A program made the position numbers and the translations under genes. DNA of 63,619 nt, filler included, from Phoronis australis (Eukaryota > Animalia > Phoronida), in NCBI GenBank assembly GCA_002633005.1. It is 5 parts of 5 records of this genome, joined end to end, with 100 filler letters (N's around TTAATTAATTAA, not from the genome) between each part and the next. Parts side by side here need not be neighbours in the genome. Positions count along the whole stretch, not along the records: positions 29,580 to 38,725 come from NMRA01001840.1; positions 38,826 to 63,619 come from NMRA01000257.1; 3 more parts are not named here. One strand, given 5' to 3'. Below, piece by piece: positions 38,201 through 51,800 of this stretch. Position 1 is the first letter of the stretch; each line of letters opens with the position of its first letter. Below the pieces are notes generated by a model. That model was not told the origin of the DNA. It saw only the letters and a list, made by a program, of their open reading frames with translations, and did no database searches.

Positions 38201-38725
38201 ATTATTTGAGTAGAGATTATCATCATTGCTACTGAACTGAAGAAACAACACAACGGGGATTACATTCAGACTTGCTAACTGGGTTTAGTCTTGCCTGGTG
38301 GGCTGATGAAAATTCTTTTAGAGTCATTGGTTAACGAATTCGTAACGTGTGACGAATTAATGGTGAAATGGTATGAAACTGACGAATCCATGAAATGCTA
38401 TGACTAATTGAAACCATTGAGTGACGAAGTTAAATCAAAGAATAAGTTACCCAAAACATGCAAAAGTTAAAGATCCAATAAAAAACGAGTTAATGACAAA
38501 AGTCTGCAAATGAAACTAAATTACGAAATATGGAAAACTCGTGAACTGATGAAATGAGAAACTTTAATGAATGCGTACAATATCACGAGGACTTCAGGTT
38601 GTGACGGAGCAAAACGAACTTCTAAAATTAAACGGTAACACATTATGGTACCCGTATGCTGGAAAAAGCAATTGAAAAAAGCATGACCCCGTAAAGTGTT
38701 ACATAATTTAAAAACAAACTGGTTG

Positions 38726-38825
38726 NNNNNNNNNNNNNNNNNNNNNNNNNNNNNNNNNNNNNNNNNNNNTTAATTAATTAANNNNNNNNNNNNNNNNNNN
38801 NNNNNNNNNNNNNNNNNNNNNNNNN
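38726..38825. other. Artificial contig-joining spacer
   Basis: 44 N + TTAATTAATTAA + 44 N. Confidence 0.97.
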
Positions 38826-40131
38826 ATGATAGGGAGTAAACAAATAGTCTAATGCAATGGATATTTATCACTCACGTACCCTTTGCCATTGGGATTGGAT
38901 TGTAATCTTTACTCATTAACCTGTATCGAGTTGACAGCATAAACATTCAGCATTGATTGATGTAACTGTCACTGATAAACTTTTAGAAATCATTCCAAAC
39001 AATAATAATGCTTCGATGTACGAAAAGATCCCGATTGCTACGTCAAGTATCGTATCACACATCACAACATACAAAGATTAACCAGACTCTGGCTGGTGAC
39101 TGACTGCCGCGAAGTCGACATCGGCGAGTGCCTCAGTTAACAGGCATCGGTAGAATAATCATGGAATAATCGTTAAAATAATCACAAACCTTACCTTTGT
39201 ATGAGGTTGTGCTTACTTCCTCTCATAGAAGCACCCTTTTTACGCAATCACAGATTCAGTTGGCACGGCTGCAAGCCATTTCACCATGTATTTAAAGGGC
39301 TCGCGAAATCGAGGCTGTTAATCTATCACCACTAGTACACGCACGCCCTCTAGTTATTGTAGATTTTCCGAATAGCCCCATTGCAAGGCCTGACTGCGAA
39401 GTCAGGATTTTCGTAGATAATAAAACCTTCTGAATCTGAAGGAATGGGCGAGTTAAAGCCCCTAGCTACCTACATGAGGAACCCAATACAGGTAACATTG
39501 AGAACAGGATGATGATCCGTGGAGGGTTTGAATTTGCTAATGCCAACACCATAGACCAATCAATTCAGTCCAGCTGCTTGGTCACCTAGTATGTATTCAA
39601 TACTTTATGGCACCTCATTACCTCATAAAGCTATGTGCCTGTTGACAGCACAGCCAGCTGGCTCACTAATGTGTTGGCACAGAATGTGGGCAATTGAAAT
39701 TTGTCATTTAATTCACAAATTTAATTGGGGTTTGACTTGAATTTTCATCTGCACTAGGTCCCTCAATGCTATATGCCTGCCTTACATATTTTAATATGTT
39801 GTTAAAACAACATTCAACTTTTTGTTAACAACACTAACCATCAAGAAATTGGTCTCAGTTTGTTACTTATAGAGCCTGGAAATGGTGGCGATCTCAGAGC
39901 TTCAAAGGAGCTGACTGCAGTTCATTTCATCTTCACACCAAAGACATACAATTTTTGGCCGCGGCCTGCTTGGTATGAACAAATAATGAAAAGTCAATTC
40001 CTCCTGAGCCAAGAGATCACTTCCCACTTATAATTAAGGAACAAAATAAGGCCAATTTCACCGTAGTGTCAGTGACCTAAAGCAAAACTTTGACAGATAA
40101 GGCATGGGTGTAATGCTGCCTCAAAGGCCAG

Positions 40132-40372
40132 GGGCACGTTCCAAGAAACTGAATTAAGTTCATTTTTGACTTAAGTCTAAGATTTTTCTCAAATTCCAAA
40201 CTTTGAAACTTCCACTTCTGGTAAAATAGTCGAAAGTTAATACAAAAGTTAAGTCAAAAACTTAAGTCAAACTTAAGATCTCTTTTTTGAAATGGTCTTG
40301 AGACAAATTTGAGTTTAATTGACTGAAAGTTAAGATCTGTCTTAGCCAAGCCAATTTTCTTGGAACGGGCCC
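40132..40372. mobile_element. PIF/Harbinger-like MITE
   Basis: TIR GGGCACGTTCCAAGAAA / TTTCTTGGAACGGGCCC (1 mismatch in 17). CAG TSD at 40129-40131 and 40373-40375. Confidence 0.75.
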
Positions 40373-40805
40373 CAGGTTCCCAAACTCATTTTGAGCATAA
40401 TTTTCAATCATTGGAGGGGTATTTTAGGTCTGATGAGAGAAATTTCATATACGATTTTAAGTATTTTGAAAAGAGGAATGAGGCCAGTTTTAAATCTAAA
40501 ATAGGCATTGAGAGCCCTGATACTATTTGTATGTAGCTTTAAAATGATCTGGTGTTTTGATTTTGATTGAATTTCAAACTTCTTAAATTTGGTAGAAGCA
40601 TTATAAACAGAGGTTTTCAAAGTCTAATAACACCAGCAAGAGCAGCAAACAACGTACAACTTTTACCATGCGGTTCCAACCCAAGAAAACCGAGTGCTAT
40701 GAATATAAGAAATTATTCAAGTGAAAGGACTGTCTCACAGTTTAATTAAGTCACACGACACTACAAGCATTCTAAAACAACAAGCAAATGCTATTCAAAT
40801 ACTAC

Positions 40806-43800
40806 CTTAGTAATGTTGACATCGGCATTATGACTTAGCAGCAAATTCACCATGTCTATGATTCCATTTTCCACTGCTGCATGAAGAGCCGATTCTCCTT
40901 CATCGTCTCTCATATTGATGTAAAAGGTCTTTATCTGCAGTTTTTCAGCTATATGGAACAACATGCACTCGCCTCAGTGTAATGTAAGCATGCAATCTCT
41001 ATCACTGAAGTGATGCTAGACAGTGCATATGATGGTAATGTACCAAGTGGTACCAATAGTAAGCAAATATAGAACTATAATTGAAATTAGTATAACCAGT
41101 AAACTATACAGCAGAAATTTACTTGATTTCAACATTTCCTTTGTAATAATTTTAAGCATTGTTTCATCTACCTAATCACGACTTCTCATGTCTCTGTATC
41201 CTTGTCACATGTCTCATGAACTCAGTTATTATTACATTAATAACCCCTCAAGAGCATGATAACACTTAGGAAACTTTAGTGAACAGCCCATCCAGATGTA
41301 TTAGTTACATGCCTTCCTTGAGAAGCACATTCACGACCTCCAAGTTTCCTGCACCAGATCCCAGTATCAACGGTGTTTTGTACAATGACTCCTCTGCTTC
41401 AATGTTGGCACCATAGTTTATCTGCAATTAAAACGTGTTATGGGTAACACAACATGGACAATACCTACAGTATTACAACGCTTTTCATGAAAATATTTAA
41501 TCACAAACAAACCCAAACCCCTTGTACGACCCCTGCATCAGAAATACAGCAATAGGGTCACTAACTACTCCAGCGCTATACTGACAGTACAAACAACAGA
41601 GTACAAATGAGCCATAGCTGTTGTACAGAAAAAGCTCACTGTTTGCGTAGCTCACTTAATTGTGCAACGAAGAAAACTTTTACAAAACTTAATACTTACT
41701 AACGTTTGGACCAGTTCTGCATTCTTCTGAAGACAAGCATCATGAAGAGGAGTACAGAGGTCAAGGTCAAGAGGGCACACTTCACAACCGTGCTCAAGAA
41801 GACTCTGTAATAAGATTGAGTATATGCACCACACTGACTTATTGGGTATCTCAAGAAGACTGGGACACTTCACAGCCGTGCTCAAGGAGACTGTAGATTG
41901 AGTGCATGTCTCTTTGACCGACTGTCTCCAGGACACTGTGACACTTCACAGTCATGCTCAAGGAAACTCTGTGATGAGATTCAGTGAATTGCATCTCACG
42001 ACATAGAGATTGAATACCTGCAGGAGCCAGAAAACAAAGAAATTGACAGTACCTGCATCAGTTGCATATTTCCTCTCCGTGCAGCTATATGTAAGGGCCT
42101 CTTGCCTCTGCTGTCCATTAGTTCAGTATCGGCTTCAGCTGTGAGAAGAATTTGAAGTACTTCAGCTGCCCTGTATTTGCAAGCTAAGTGCATTGGAGTG
42201 CAGCCTTCTGGTCCTTCAATGTTGACAAAACTCTGCTTTACCTTGGACAACATCAGATCCATCAGAGCAGCTCTGAGAATAGACTAATTAAATTAGTAGA
42301 AACAAAAATAACCCATATTACAATGAATCAGAATCAATACTCCAAATCTCTGTCGATCAGAGCTTTTGAAACCATCTCATGTACTTTAATTTAAATATCT
42401 CTAGGTACGTAATTGTCAACCTTCATGGAACTTAAAAAAATACAATGCTTACATGTAATATAAAATTCATGTTTATGCAAGTGCCCTTCTACGAGACAAA
42501 CTTCGTTTAAATCTTGACAATAAATTTTTGTTGTGAGCTCAGTTGAGGTCATATCTTTTATACTCCATGTATAACAGAAGATGCTCAGGGAGAAGACTAT
42601 GTAAAAGTTCACCAACTGCAGCCATCGTCACAAATAAAACAACACAAATTTCTAAAGCATCATTACAATCATTTAAATTCTGGATCTTCGAACAGGGCAA
42701 CCATTCATTGGCAAAGCAGAGGGCCGGAAAAAACAAAAAACACAATGCGCTGTGTATGTAATGATTACATAACGTGAGCAGTGTAAACAACAAACACTAA
42801 CACGAGGAGAGACCTCAGGTGGTGAACACCGAAGCTACTGAGTCTAAAGCTGCAGAGATGAATACGTCTATTCACATCATTTCAATATGCGATTAGCGAC
42901 TGTCAACTATTCAATGGAAGCACTTGACCGAATACAATGTTAAATCCATTTCTGGGCAGTAATGTCATATTTTTTATATGCTACTGAAATAAAATGTAAA
43001 AAGGGGAGGCACCTAAATACTTTGTAAAGAAACGTGAAAGGACTTCAGGAAGCCTGACAATAAATTACCTTATGTTACACAGTTGGTCATGAACATTTTA
43101 TACCTGTATGATCATTCTGTACCTTTCTTCTAAGGTCAGCGCTCAATGCTTGGCCTAACGCCGAGATGCAATTGGCAACCTGACAAAAACCCCAGGTCGC
43201 GCCAAATGAAATACCTGAGGTCGCCAAATCCGAAAAACCCCAGGTCACCAAATGAAATCCAAAGTCTTTTTTAGCCTGTCCAAATTCTCCAACACACGAC
43301 CATAGGGCGCAGACAATACTGGTGGTGCGTATTTCAATGATCTTGGTTGACTTTGGAAGAACAATTCTGATTTTCTTACTTCCTGTTATAATTTAAGTGC
43401 GTTTGGTGTGTGCTGATGGTGGTACCAAATGTACCAATTTCATGAAATAAACAGAGCAATTGTGAATCAAAGGTAATGATTGTAGCTGTTGGTAATTTAA
43501 AGTTTGAAAGTCGAGACGAACTTTGAAACAAATTTAGGGGGATTTATTCCAGACCTTGATACTCGCAGTGGTAACTTGGTGGCGATGTGAGATCGCATTG
43601 GCAACTTGCAGGTTGCCAATGCAAGTGTTGAAGCTACACAACCATAAACACAGCAACTGACTGCAAATTATTATCCCTATACAACATATCTGATCAATGA
43701 ACAAATAAATAAATACCTGTTATATCTGGCAGCATAATGTAAACAACAAAAACCATTTTTGTCAATCTCAACTGCTTTATTTGGAGCCCTTTCCATGTAT

Positions 43801-46594
43801 GCCTCCACAATAGCAAGGCTATCTTCTTTCACAGCCTAAAACAAATACCACATTTAGAATGTCTACCACTAGTACCAGCAACACAGTATCCCGATACCTC
43901 ATAATATTGGGTTAACATATTGTCAACTTTTGCATGTTTTTTAAACTATTCACATTCTGTATGCAATTTTATGTAATTTGTGATTTAGATACTGTTCACT
44001 AAAAGTATTGTTAATGCACCAAATATGCACGTCCTTAGTAAGATACACCAATCAATTTCAACAGCTGTCAACTAATCTGACATTATCAGGTCTTTTAATT
44101 TTTGACACTTTTAACAAATGGGAACTAGGCAAAATCTCACCAATTAAAGACAAAATATGGCCAACAAATGTACTTTCATTTTGCTTTTCTCAATTTTTCT
44201 AAGTTCAAGTGCAGTGTACACATAGCTAATCATGTGAAGAATGTTTTGAAAAATGAGAACATTCAAAACAATCATTACGTTAGATGCCACTGAAAAAAGA
44301 AAATTAATTTTGGCCGAAATTGGTGAGTTTCTGAAGTGCCTTGGTTGATTCGCAACACAATTTCAATAGATGTCAATTTATAACAGGCAAATCTTTATCA
44401 GCTTTTTTCAAACTTTTTGAGTTTCTTCCATTTCTCTTTCATGCATTAGGTTCATTTATGTTAAATTTTGTTAATTTTCTTGAAAATCGGTTGACTTTCA
44501 TCTTCTTGAAAATTCCCATATTGAACAATTTTCTCAGACATTTTATCTTGAGTCTTGACTTATCCTGTGGAATGTTATTTGGACAAGCCCAAATTCATTC
44601 CTCACCTGCATGTAAGGAATAAGTTGAGACCCAACACTTTAAATAGACTAAACCAATATTAGTTTCTTAAGTCCCGTTTAGACATCAACTTTTGGCCCGG
44701 CGCAACTGACATGGAGCAAATTGACCGGTTTCAACCGGCCGTTTACACACACAGCTCACTAACCATGGCAAGACGGAAATTGCAGGCTGGAGATGTGCAG
44801 GTTTACAAATGTCCTAGAGATGATCCTTTCCGCCTTGCTCCAGTTTCGCATTTAGACTTAAAATTGACATAGCGCAAAATGTTCAGGGGCAAATTGCTCT
44901 ACCTCACAAACAGGTGGCAAAAATTTGTCACAGTGGTGTAAATTTGCTCCGTGTCAGTCCATTTACACACTGGAACAACCTGTTCCGTTTCAGCTGATCC
45001 GTGTCAACTTTGTAAGTGTAAACGGCACTTTAGACACTCAAAGGTGGGTTAAGAGCTATTTCAAGTGAGAGAACGTTTTAAAATAATGTCAACAATGAAA
45101 TCAAAGAGATGAAACTTAAAATTAGAACTTCATTGCCAATATCATAACACGATGCACTCACAAACGGTACGCTTCCGGGGTGTTTGTTAGTTTTATAAAA
45201 TAGGTCACTAGGTGGTACAGAATATGTCTAACCCATGCGAAAATCCATTAAGGTCAACTCCAAAGCTATGGAGTCAATCGCAAAAAAGAAGGCAAGACGA
45301 AATCGCCCAAAAGAAGTTGTATCTGTTGTCAAGTTGATAGGAATACACTTGTCTAATTTCACAAAGATCTTGTGTTTAGGAGATACAGCACAACACAACT
45401 CTGACCCATCAAACATCAACGACAGTAGTGGTTTTCTCAGCAGGAACACATCAGCCAATTTTCATAATGATCCTTTGAGAGGTGGGCAGCTAGAGAGGCA
45501 GATGCCAGAAACGAGGTTTGTAAATAATAACAATGACCATAATAGGACGTGGCACGTATTACATGAAACTTAAACATTAAAATTGCCAATTTGGGCACTG
45601 CAGTAGTCATACCCACCCGAAAGTCATCATTATCTGTTATCATGTTTATTGAGCACATCGTCACGATCCTCCCACAGGTTTTAGAGATACAGCCCCCCAT
45701 GCCAGACGCCGGAACAGAGATACAAGACTATTCTTCCATCTATACTCAGTTTCATCTCATTACACTGTGTATAGTATGCCTTATCGTAAATTTATTTTTT
45801 TATTTATTTAGCACTATATTTACAAGTTTTAATCACTTTTTATACCTTTTCTGGTTGATGCTTTTTAGGAGGGTACTCTTACCACAGGCACGCACCCTGG
45901 CTTTCCACCATGCTGTAAAAATCCCCTTTAAATGAGCTAAGAATGGATTTGGAGAGTTTTTTAATATGTCAAGTGGTCAGCCTGGCCTGTTTTATCCACA
46001 TTCCTGAGTCTCACTAAGGGGCTAGTCATCAATATTAGTGACTCTATTTGCTAATTAAAGCCACCTATTGAGGGTGATGACTTCTTATCAGGTCACATCT
46101 AAATAAAAGGCTAGAAAGCATCCAGGGTCATTTTCCACTTTCTTTTTGGGATACGAAAAGCAATGGAAATCATAAAATTTTAATAAAAGAGCAAAATCTG
46201 ACTATGTGGGTTCTTGAATTTTCAAAATTGGTCAAGTAATATGTTACCCAACCACACTCAGACTCTCCTACCACAAACATTTTTGAAATAAGTGAACAAA
46301 ATGCATTGATTTCTAATGAGCATGCTCATGTTCATTTAAGTTCCACATCACATCAAGTTGATGGAAAATGACAATTAATGATAGCAACGTGCCCTGAAAA
46401 TGTCAAAATCAGTGAGATATTACCATACACACCTGTGATAATGGTACAACAGGTAACTTATCCTTGGGATCAATTTCAACTGTAACAACTGTGTCGTGTA
46501 ATTTCGATTTCTTGGCTTTGGCTGCTGCCATCTTGGCCAAGGCAGTTGTGTGAAATGTGAGATTCTGTCCATGAGTCAACCTTGTGCTCTCCAT
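40806..46594 (-). CDS. Ankyrin-repeat protein N-terminus, probably a TRPA1-like channel paralog (6 exons, 3'-partial)
   Basis: Exons 46433-46594 (ATG at 46594 or 46531), 43717-43835, 42053-42272, 41700-41804, 41313-41421 and 40806-40948 have consistent phases. Tandem ankyrin motifs: GFCCLHYAARYNR, GCTPMHLACKY, GKRPLHIAARRGN, CTPLHDAC, KTPLILGSGAGNLEVV, GESALHAAVENG. The TRPA assignment is inferred from this N-terminal pattern and the neighbouring gene. Confidence 0.8.
41777..41990 (-). repeat. Three degenerate copies of a splice acceptor plus exon start in the ankyrin gene
   Basis: ACACTTCACA(A/G)(C/T)C(G/A)TGCTCAAG(A/G)A(G/A)ACT... occurs at 41777, 41865 and 41941. Only the first copy belongs to the intact exon. 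Confidence 0.75.
44670..45029. mobile_element. PIF/Harbinger-like MITE with TTA TSD (intronic)
   Basis: Termini AGTCCCGTTTAGAC / GTGTAAACGGCACT, with TTA at 44667-44669 and 45030-45032. Confidence 0.6.
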
Positions 46595-47949
46595 TCTGTA
46601 ACAAGCACCTCTATGTTAGCATCCATTTCAACATGAAGCTGTCCTCATATCACCTGGTGTGAGTAGTGTGAAAACGGAAAGTTGTTTATTTTTGCAACTG
46701 AGTGATACGAAGGACTTCAAAAAAAACTTTGATTGCGAGCCTCAGAGTATTTGTTTGAGCTGGTAAGAGGCATCAACACCTCCTAAGGTGTACCTCTATA
46801 GGGAAAGTTTAGACATAAAAATATATAAACTACACTCACAGCAAAAAATACAGGAATCCGCGAGAGCCCGTCAATATCGATTCGCAATCATCTTCTTCAC
46901 TCCGACAATGTCCACTGGGTATCCAGGATTGAAGCATCTGCTCTTCTGAATAAGGTTGCAAATTTTGGGTAGTTGCCTTGATACCCCCCCCCCCCATCTC
47001 CATATCTCCATTCAACCTAGAGCCGATTTTGATGATAATCGGTGCGAGCATTCGCCGAAAAGCTTCAGGCACATGAAAGGCCTATGGCTATGGGATGGCT
47101 ACCGACTCTACTGCGGCCAGTTGAGATGGTGGTATACGTACTGTCTAATTCCGTCTATAAACAGTGCCGGTACCATCTCCTCTTAGCAGTTGAGATGGTG
47201 GTACTCAGACACTGGAAGCTTTTTAGCGAATTATGCCTCACTGATAAAACTGTTTCTCAAAATCAGGGACCACTACCTAAATCCGATCAGTGCCAGACAT
47301 CTTCTCCTACGGTGTTTGTTCGCAAAAAGTAATGTGACTGATGGTTTACGTAATCAGAGTAAGGCATAATTTGCCGAAAAGCTTCAGATGGCGTATGAAG
47401 GAGTGCCCCTGGTCTGTGCATTATGTGGACTTGTGGGGAATGACATAAGCAACATGTGTGTGTTCAGTCATCTGCAAATAGGCTGAAGTGGCAGAAGCGT
47501 AGTACTGTGCAAGTAGACTGAATTTTCATTGAATAATTGTAAAGTAGAGATTAGTTTGTTTCACAAACAAAATAAATGTCAATGCAACGCAATACTCATA
47601 TATATATAGTCACGTATATGAGCTGATCTTACGAAGCATTGCGAATGGCTGTTCACTAACACAAAACAGTTTACTGAACATGATTTCAGATAGATAAATT
47701 AAATTCTGGTTTTAATTCTCTCGATCGTGGTTATTAAAGGGGCATGGAACATGAAAGCTCGTCTAACATATCTTTTAAACAGTTCCTGACAAAGGTACCA
47801 TCTGGCAATATCAGTACAGATTAATTCACAAGGCTTCCCCAGTGAGGAAATTTCTAGAAAAAATAGCAATTAAAATTCACGATTTTTTTAGGCGCGAAGG
47901 ACAAACTCTGTGGATGCCACATGAGCTAACAGGCAATCAGGCCAGTCGC

Positions 47950-48881
47950 TAGGCAATGACCATCGCCTCTGTTGGCCCGAACCAGAGGCGATGTAGAGGC
48001 TATAGGCAATCTGTACGCCGGAAGCTTTTCGGCGAATTATGCCTCGCACCGACTAAACCATCAAAGTCACGTTGTTATAACTACCTTTTGCGCATAGACG
48101 AACACCTTAGGAGGTTGTCGATGTGTTTAAGTTCTTCCAACTCGAACAAATACTCCCGTTATGAAACTTTTTCTTCGAGCAGTCCCTATTTCAGTTCCCA
48201 AAATCGTGAAATCAAAATTTTCATTTTTTTTAACCAGGCCGAAGGTCAGAAGTTGCGATCCTACCGGCAAACTTTGAAAGCTGAAGTTCGCGCCCTTTGC
48301 GTACGTGCTGCCGGGAACCAGCCGTGCATTTGCCGTGTTGTTAAACATTAAAATGTCAAATATGTGCACAAAGACTTTTAAATGTCATATCAACAGCATT
48401 TATTTTTATCAAATACAAACAATAATTCATTGAAATACAAACAGTTTCAAGTAACGCCAATTAAAGACAAGTATAAGTGGTGCATTTTGGAAACGAACAT
48501 TTGACTGACAAGACCGCAATGGCTCACCTTTGGCCTATTTAAAAATTATTGAGGTTATGAAGTCACATCACCTAGCGAGCGCGGTAAAAGTTGGAGCGTG
48601 CGCAGTACAAAAATTTTGATTTCACGATTTTGGGAACTGAAATAGGGACTGCTCGAAGAAAAAGTTTCATAACAGGAGTATTTGTTCGAGTTGGAAGAAT
48701 TTAAACACATCGACAACCTCCTAAGGTGTTCGTCTATGCGCAAAAGGTAGTTATAACAACGTGACTTTGATGGTTTAGTCGGTGCGAGGCATAATTCGCC
48801 GAAAAGCTTCCGGCGTACAGAGCGCCTATAGCCTCTACATCGCCTCTGGTTCGGGCCAACACAGGCGATGGTCATTGCCTA
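47950..48881. mobile_element. Young non-autonomous Mutator/MuDR-like element, 932 bp, 272-bp TIRs, 9-bp TSD
   Basis: 47950-48221 and 48610-48881 are near-perfect inverted copies (TAGGCAATGACC...GGTCATTGCCTA). GCCAGTCGC is duplicated at 47941-47949 and 48882-48890. Confidence 0.88.
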
Positions 48882-51800
48882 GCCAGTCGCATGAGGTCAA
48901 AGGTCACTTTTTCTATAAAAGGGAAATGTGCTACATCAAATAAGGAGACGTGCTTTGCCTTGTGGAAGAAATATCGATGAAGTTGAGAGCAGTGACACCG
49001 TGACAGATCGTTTTTTTTTTAATTTGAAACTAAAAGAAAATATGCTAAATGATATCAACAGAAATTAATAATCTTTACGAAAAAAACCTAAAAATACCTG
49101 GTAAGCAGGTTGAATTGTTTTCCAGTGGCAGAGAACCACTTTAACTTTCAATATTGCAATTTAGTCTGTTTATCGCTTTCCAATCCAGGCCTCTTTAAAT
49201 TGGCACTGTCTAATCCCGTCCATTTTGACTTGACCGTGGTAATGACGGCCAAGCGGTCAGTCTATGAACTCGGCCCCACTTTCTCAATCACTGTACTTTC
49301 ACTCTACTTGAAGAAACTTACATGAAATTAATGGCGTTGCAGTAAATAGTGCATCAGCAACACAACAACGAGAACTTTCCTGATGATTAACATTCGATTC
49401 ACTCGTCTGCTGTACTTTCACTACTTGCACGCGCTCACCGGATGTACTTTTAGGCCCTCTAGCGAGTGTTACAGCGACTAGCAAATGGATCATCCGTGAG
49501 ATTTACAAATGTCGTAATATTGGGTTGCGTTCGTAGCGTCAGTCTTGCGTAAATAATTATATAAAAGAATATTCAAACTTCGGGTAGATGATTTAAAAAA
49601 TACAACATTTGCGCGCCGACAGTGCTACCGGGAATTTTCGCCTTGTAGGCCCACCCAAAATACGCCCATTGGCGCCATATCGTAAAATTTTGCAAAAGTA
49701 AGCGCATATGGGCGTATTTCCGGCAACTATTTGCATGTTTTGAAAATCATGGGCTCAATTGCATACAAGTTATACGTCGTATGGCAACAATAACGTCGCA
49801 TTATCACGCGTCACGTTGTTATTATCAAAGTTGAACAATGGACCTGACGTCATGCAACAACAAACTTTGCAGCGGATAAGTTTTGAAGCTTTATGCAACC
49901 CAGCCCAGATGGATTGTTCTAAAATACGCGTGTAACACCTTTTGATATGAAATTTTTTTATTTTTGGAAAAGCATCATATTTTGGTTTGCGATTTCACTA
50001 ACATGGCATGAGAAAAGCTTGAATGCACTGTGTTTGTTGAAATAAAAATGAACAAATAAAATTCTCATTAATAGTGAGATACATATAGATTATTACATGG
50101 CGAAGTCGTTACTCCCCCGTCATCTAGAGCCCGAGTGGATTTTGGAGAATTATTGCCCGAGGGGCTATGTATCTCCCATTCGAGGCTAATATTGTGGTAT
50201 AAAACTAAATACATTAAAAAGGATATAGTAGCTTAAAAATCACAACTACTGTCGGTGCATCAAAACTGTACAAAAATGTTTATTGCACACGGTAATGAGT
50301 TTTTTTGCATTGATTCTTTATCAGTTCAAGCCAACGATACTTTTAATTTTAGGTCTACTCACATTAACATATTGGCTGTTCACTTTCACTTCCTTTGAAA
50401 ACAATCTAGGGTGAATATGATTAATAAGGGGACAATCGAGTGCCTCTAGCGGCAATATTTATCAGTGTGCGCTTTTGCGAGATTAAGCGAGACCACCATT
50501 TTTGCTTTAAAACTGATGTTTGACACAGATTCCGAAAATACGTCCCCAATTCCCGAAAATATGAACAGGTTTAAATTCGTTTTCATTTGACATTTTTGAA
50601 AAGTCGTTTCCCGAATATCCGTTCATGGGCCTATCATATGAAATTCCAGGTATTTACCGAAAACCTACACACAAAAAAAAACCCTGCACAATACTCATGA
50701 AACTATTTACATTATACCTATAAAAAAGCTTGTAATTATAATACAATAGATAACATAGAAAAACTACAAACAATGCACTAGTAGGCTCGTAATAATACAA
50801 GAGATAATGGAGTATACATCACGTACAGAAGTTAAATTCACAGGGGGTACTAAGAATATTTAGGATTTATTGTTTATGCTGCTTCTGCACATTTCTACAG
50901 AGCACTCGAATCCCGCGTCACGCCCTGTGTGGTGCCATGGTAAATATTTATTGATGTTATTTTAAAGTCCAAATATGATTTTTTACACCTTGGTGGGAAG
51001 CAATCACTGACAGGCATACGTCCACGGGATTTTTGGTTCATGTCCGGCGGGAGGCGTCAGACTGTGTGGACGGATTGTTGTCACCTGAGCCATCTACCTT
51101 TGCTTGCCATCTCGAGTATCCAAACGGTTACAGTACCATGCACTGCTACGGTATGTTTTTTCCTAAAAAATGACGTTTTGGGTGAAATCGTCTCGGCTAC
51201 ATTTGTCGTGCATTGACATAATTGTCTTCCTTGAGACGTGTGTGGTGGGAGATGAAGTCGTCCTTAGTTAAATGTTTACCCGTATGTTTTCTTAATGTAA
51301 CATTGGTGCACCGGTGCTCAGAAATTTACTTCTTGGACACATAAGGTGAACGTCCTTTTTCAAATTTTCAATCTCAAAGGGCGGATCTAGAAATGTTCAG
51401 TGGTAGCCTATTAGCCTACCTCTAAAAAGGGAATGCCTGTATTTTTGGTTGTGTCCGTGGGGCAATGTTCGGGTCCTACCGCCCCTCTTAGTTAATACTG
51501 CCTATCTTTCATGTGATCTGTGTAACATGGGTTTTTCAAGAAGATATTAGACAGATTTTCTTCATGATTTCAACAACTAGTCTACATATTTGCACACGTA
51601 ACGTCAACATTCTCAACACTCATTTCAAACTGTCCGTAAACAAAAACTAAAATAAATTTTACTGACTTCTGTAATGTGCATATACCGTGACAGCGTTCAC
51701 GAATTATCGCTAGTTTTCATTAAAAACAGTTCGAGTTTTTGCGTTTTCCCTGCAACAGCTAGCCTAAACTGGGTATTGGAATCGGATAAGTTCCAACCCA

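Noticed and set aside
39195-39290. Possible next ankyrin exon (MACSRAN../LRKKGASM) with a strong donor
   Set aside because: It contains an in-frame stop and has no compatible acceptor.
45228-45935. Cluster of overlapping 76-114 aa ORFs in the ankyrin gene intron, including MGGCISK..
   Set aside because: No recognisable domain or consistent exon structure.
47956-48875. Two near-identical ORFs on opposite strands (MTIASVGP.. and MTIACVGP..)
   Set aside because: They are by-products of the inverted repeats of the Mutator-like element and carry no protein motif.
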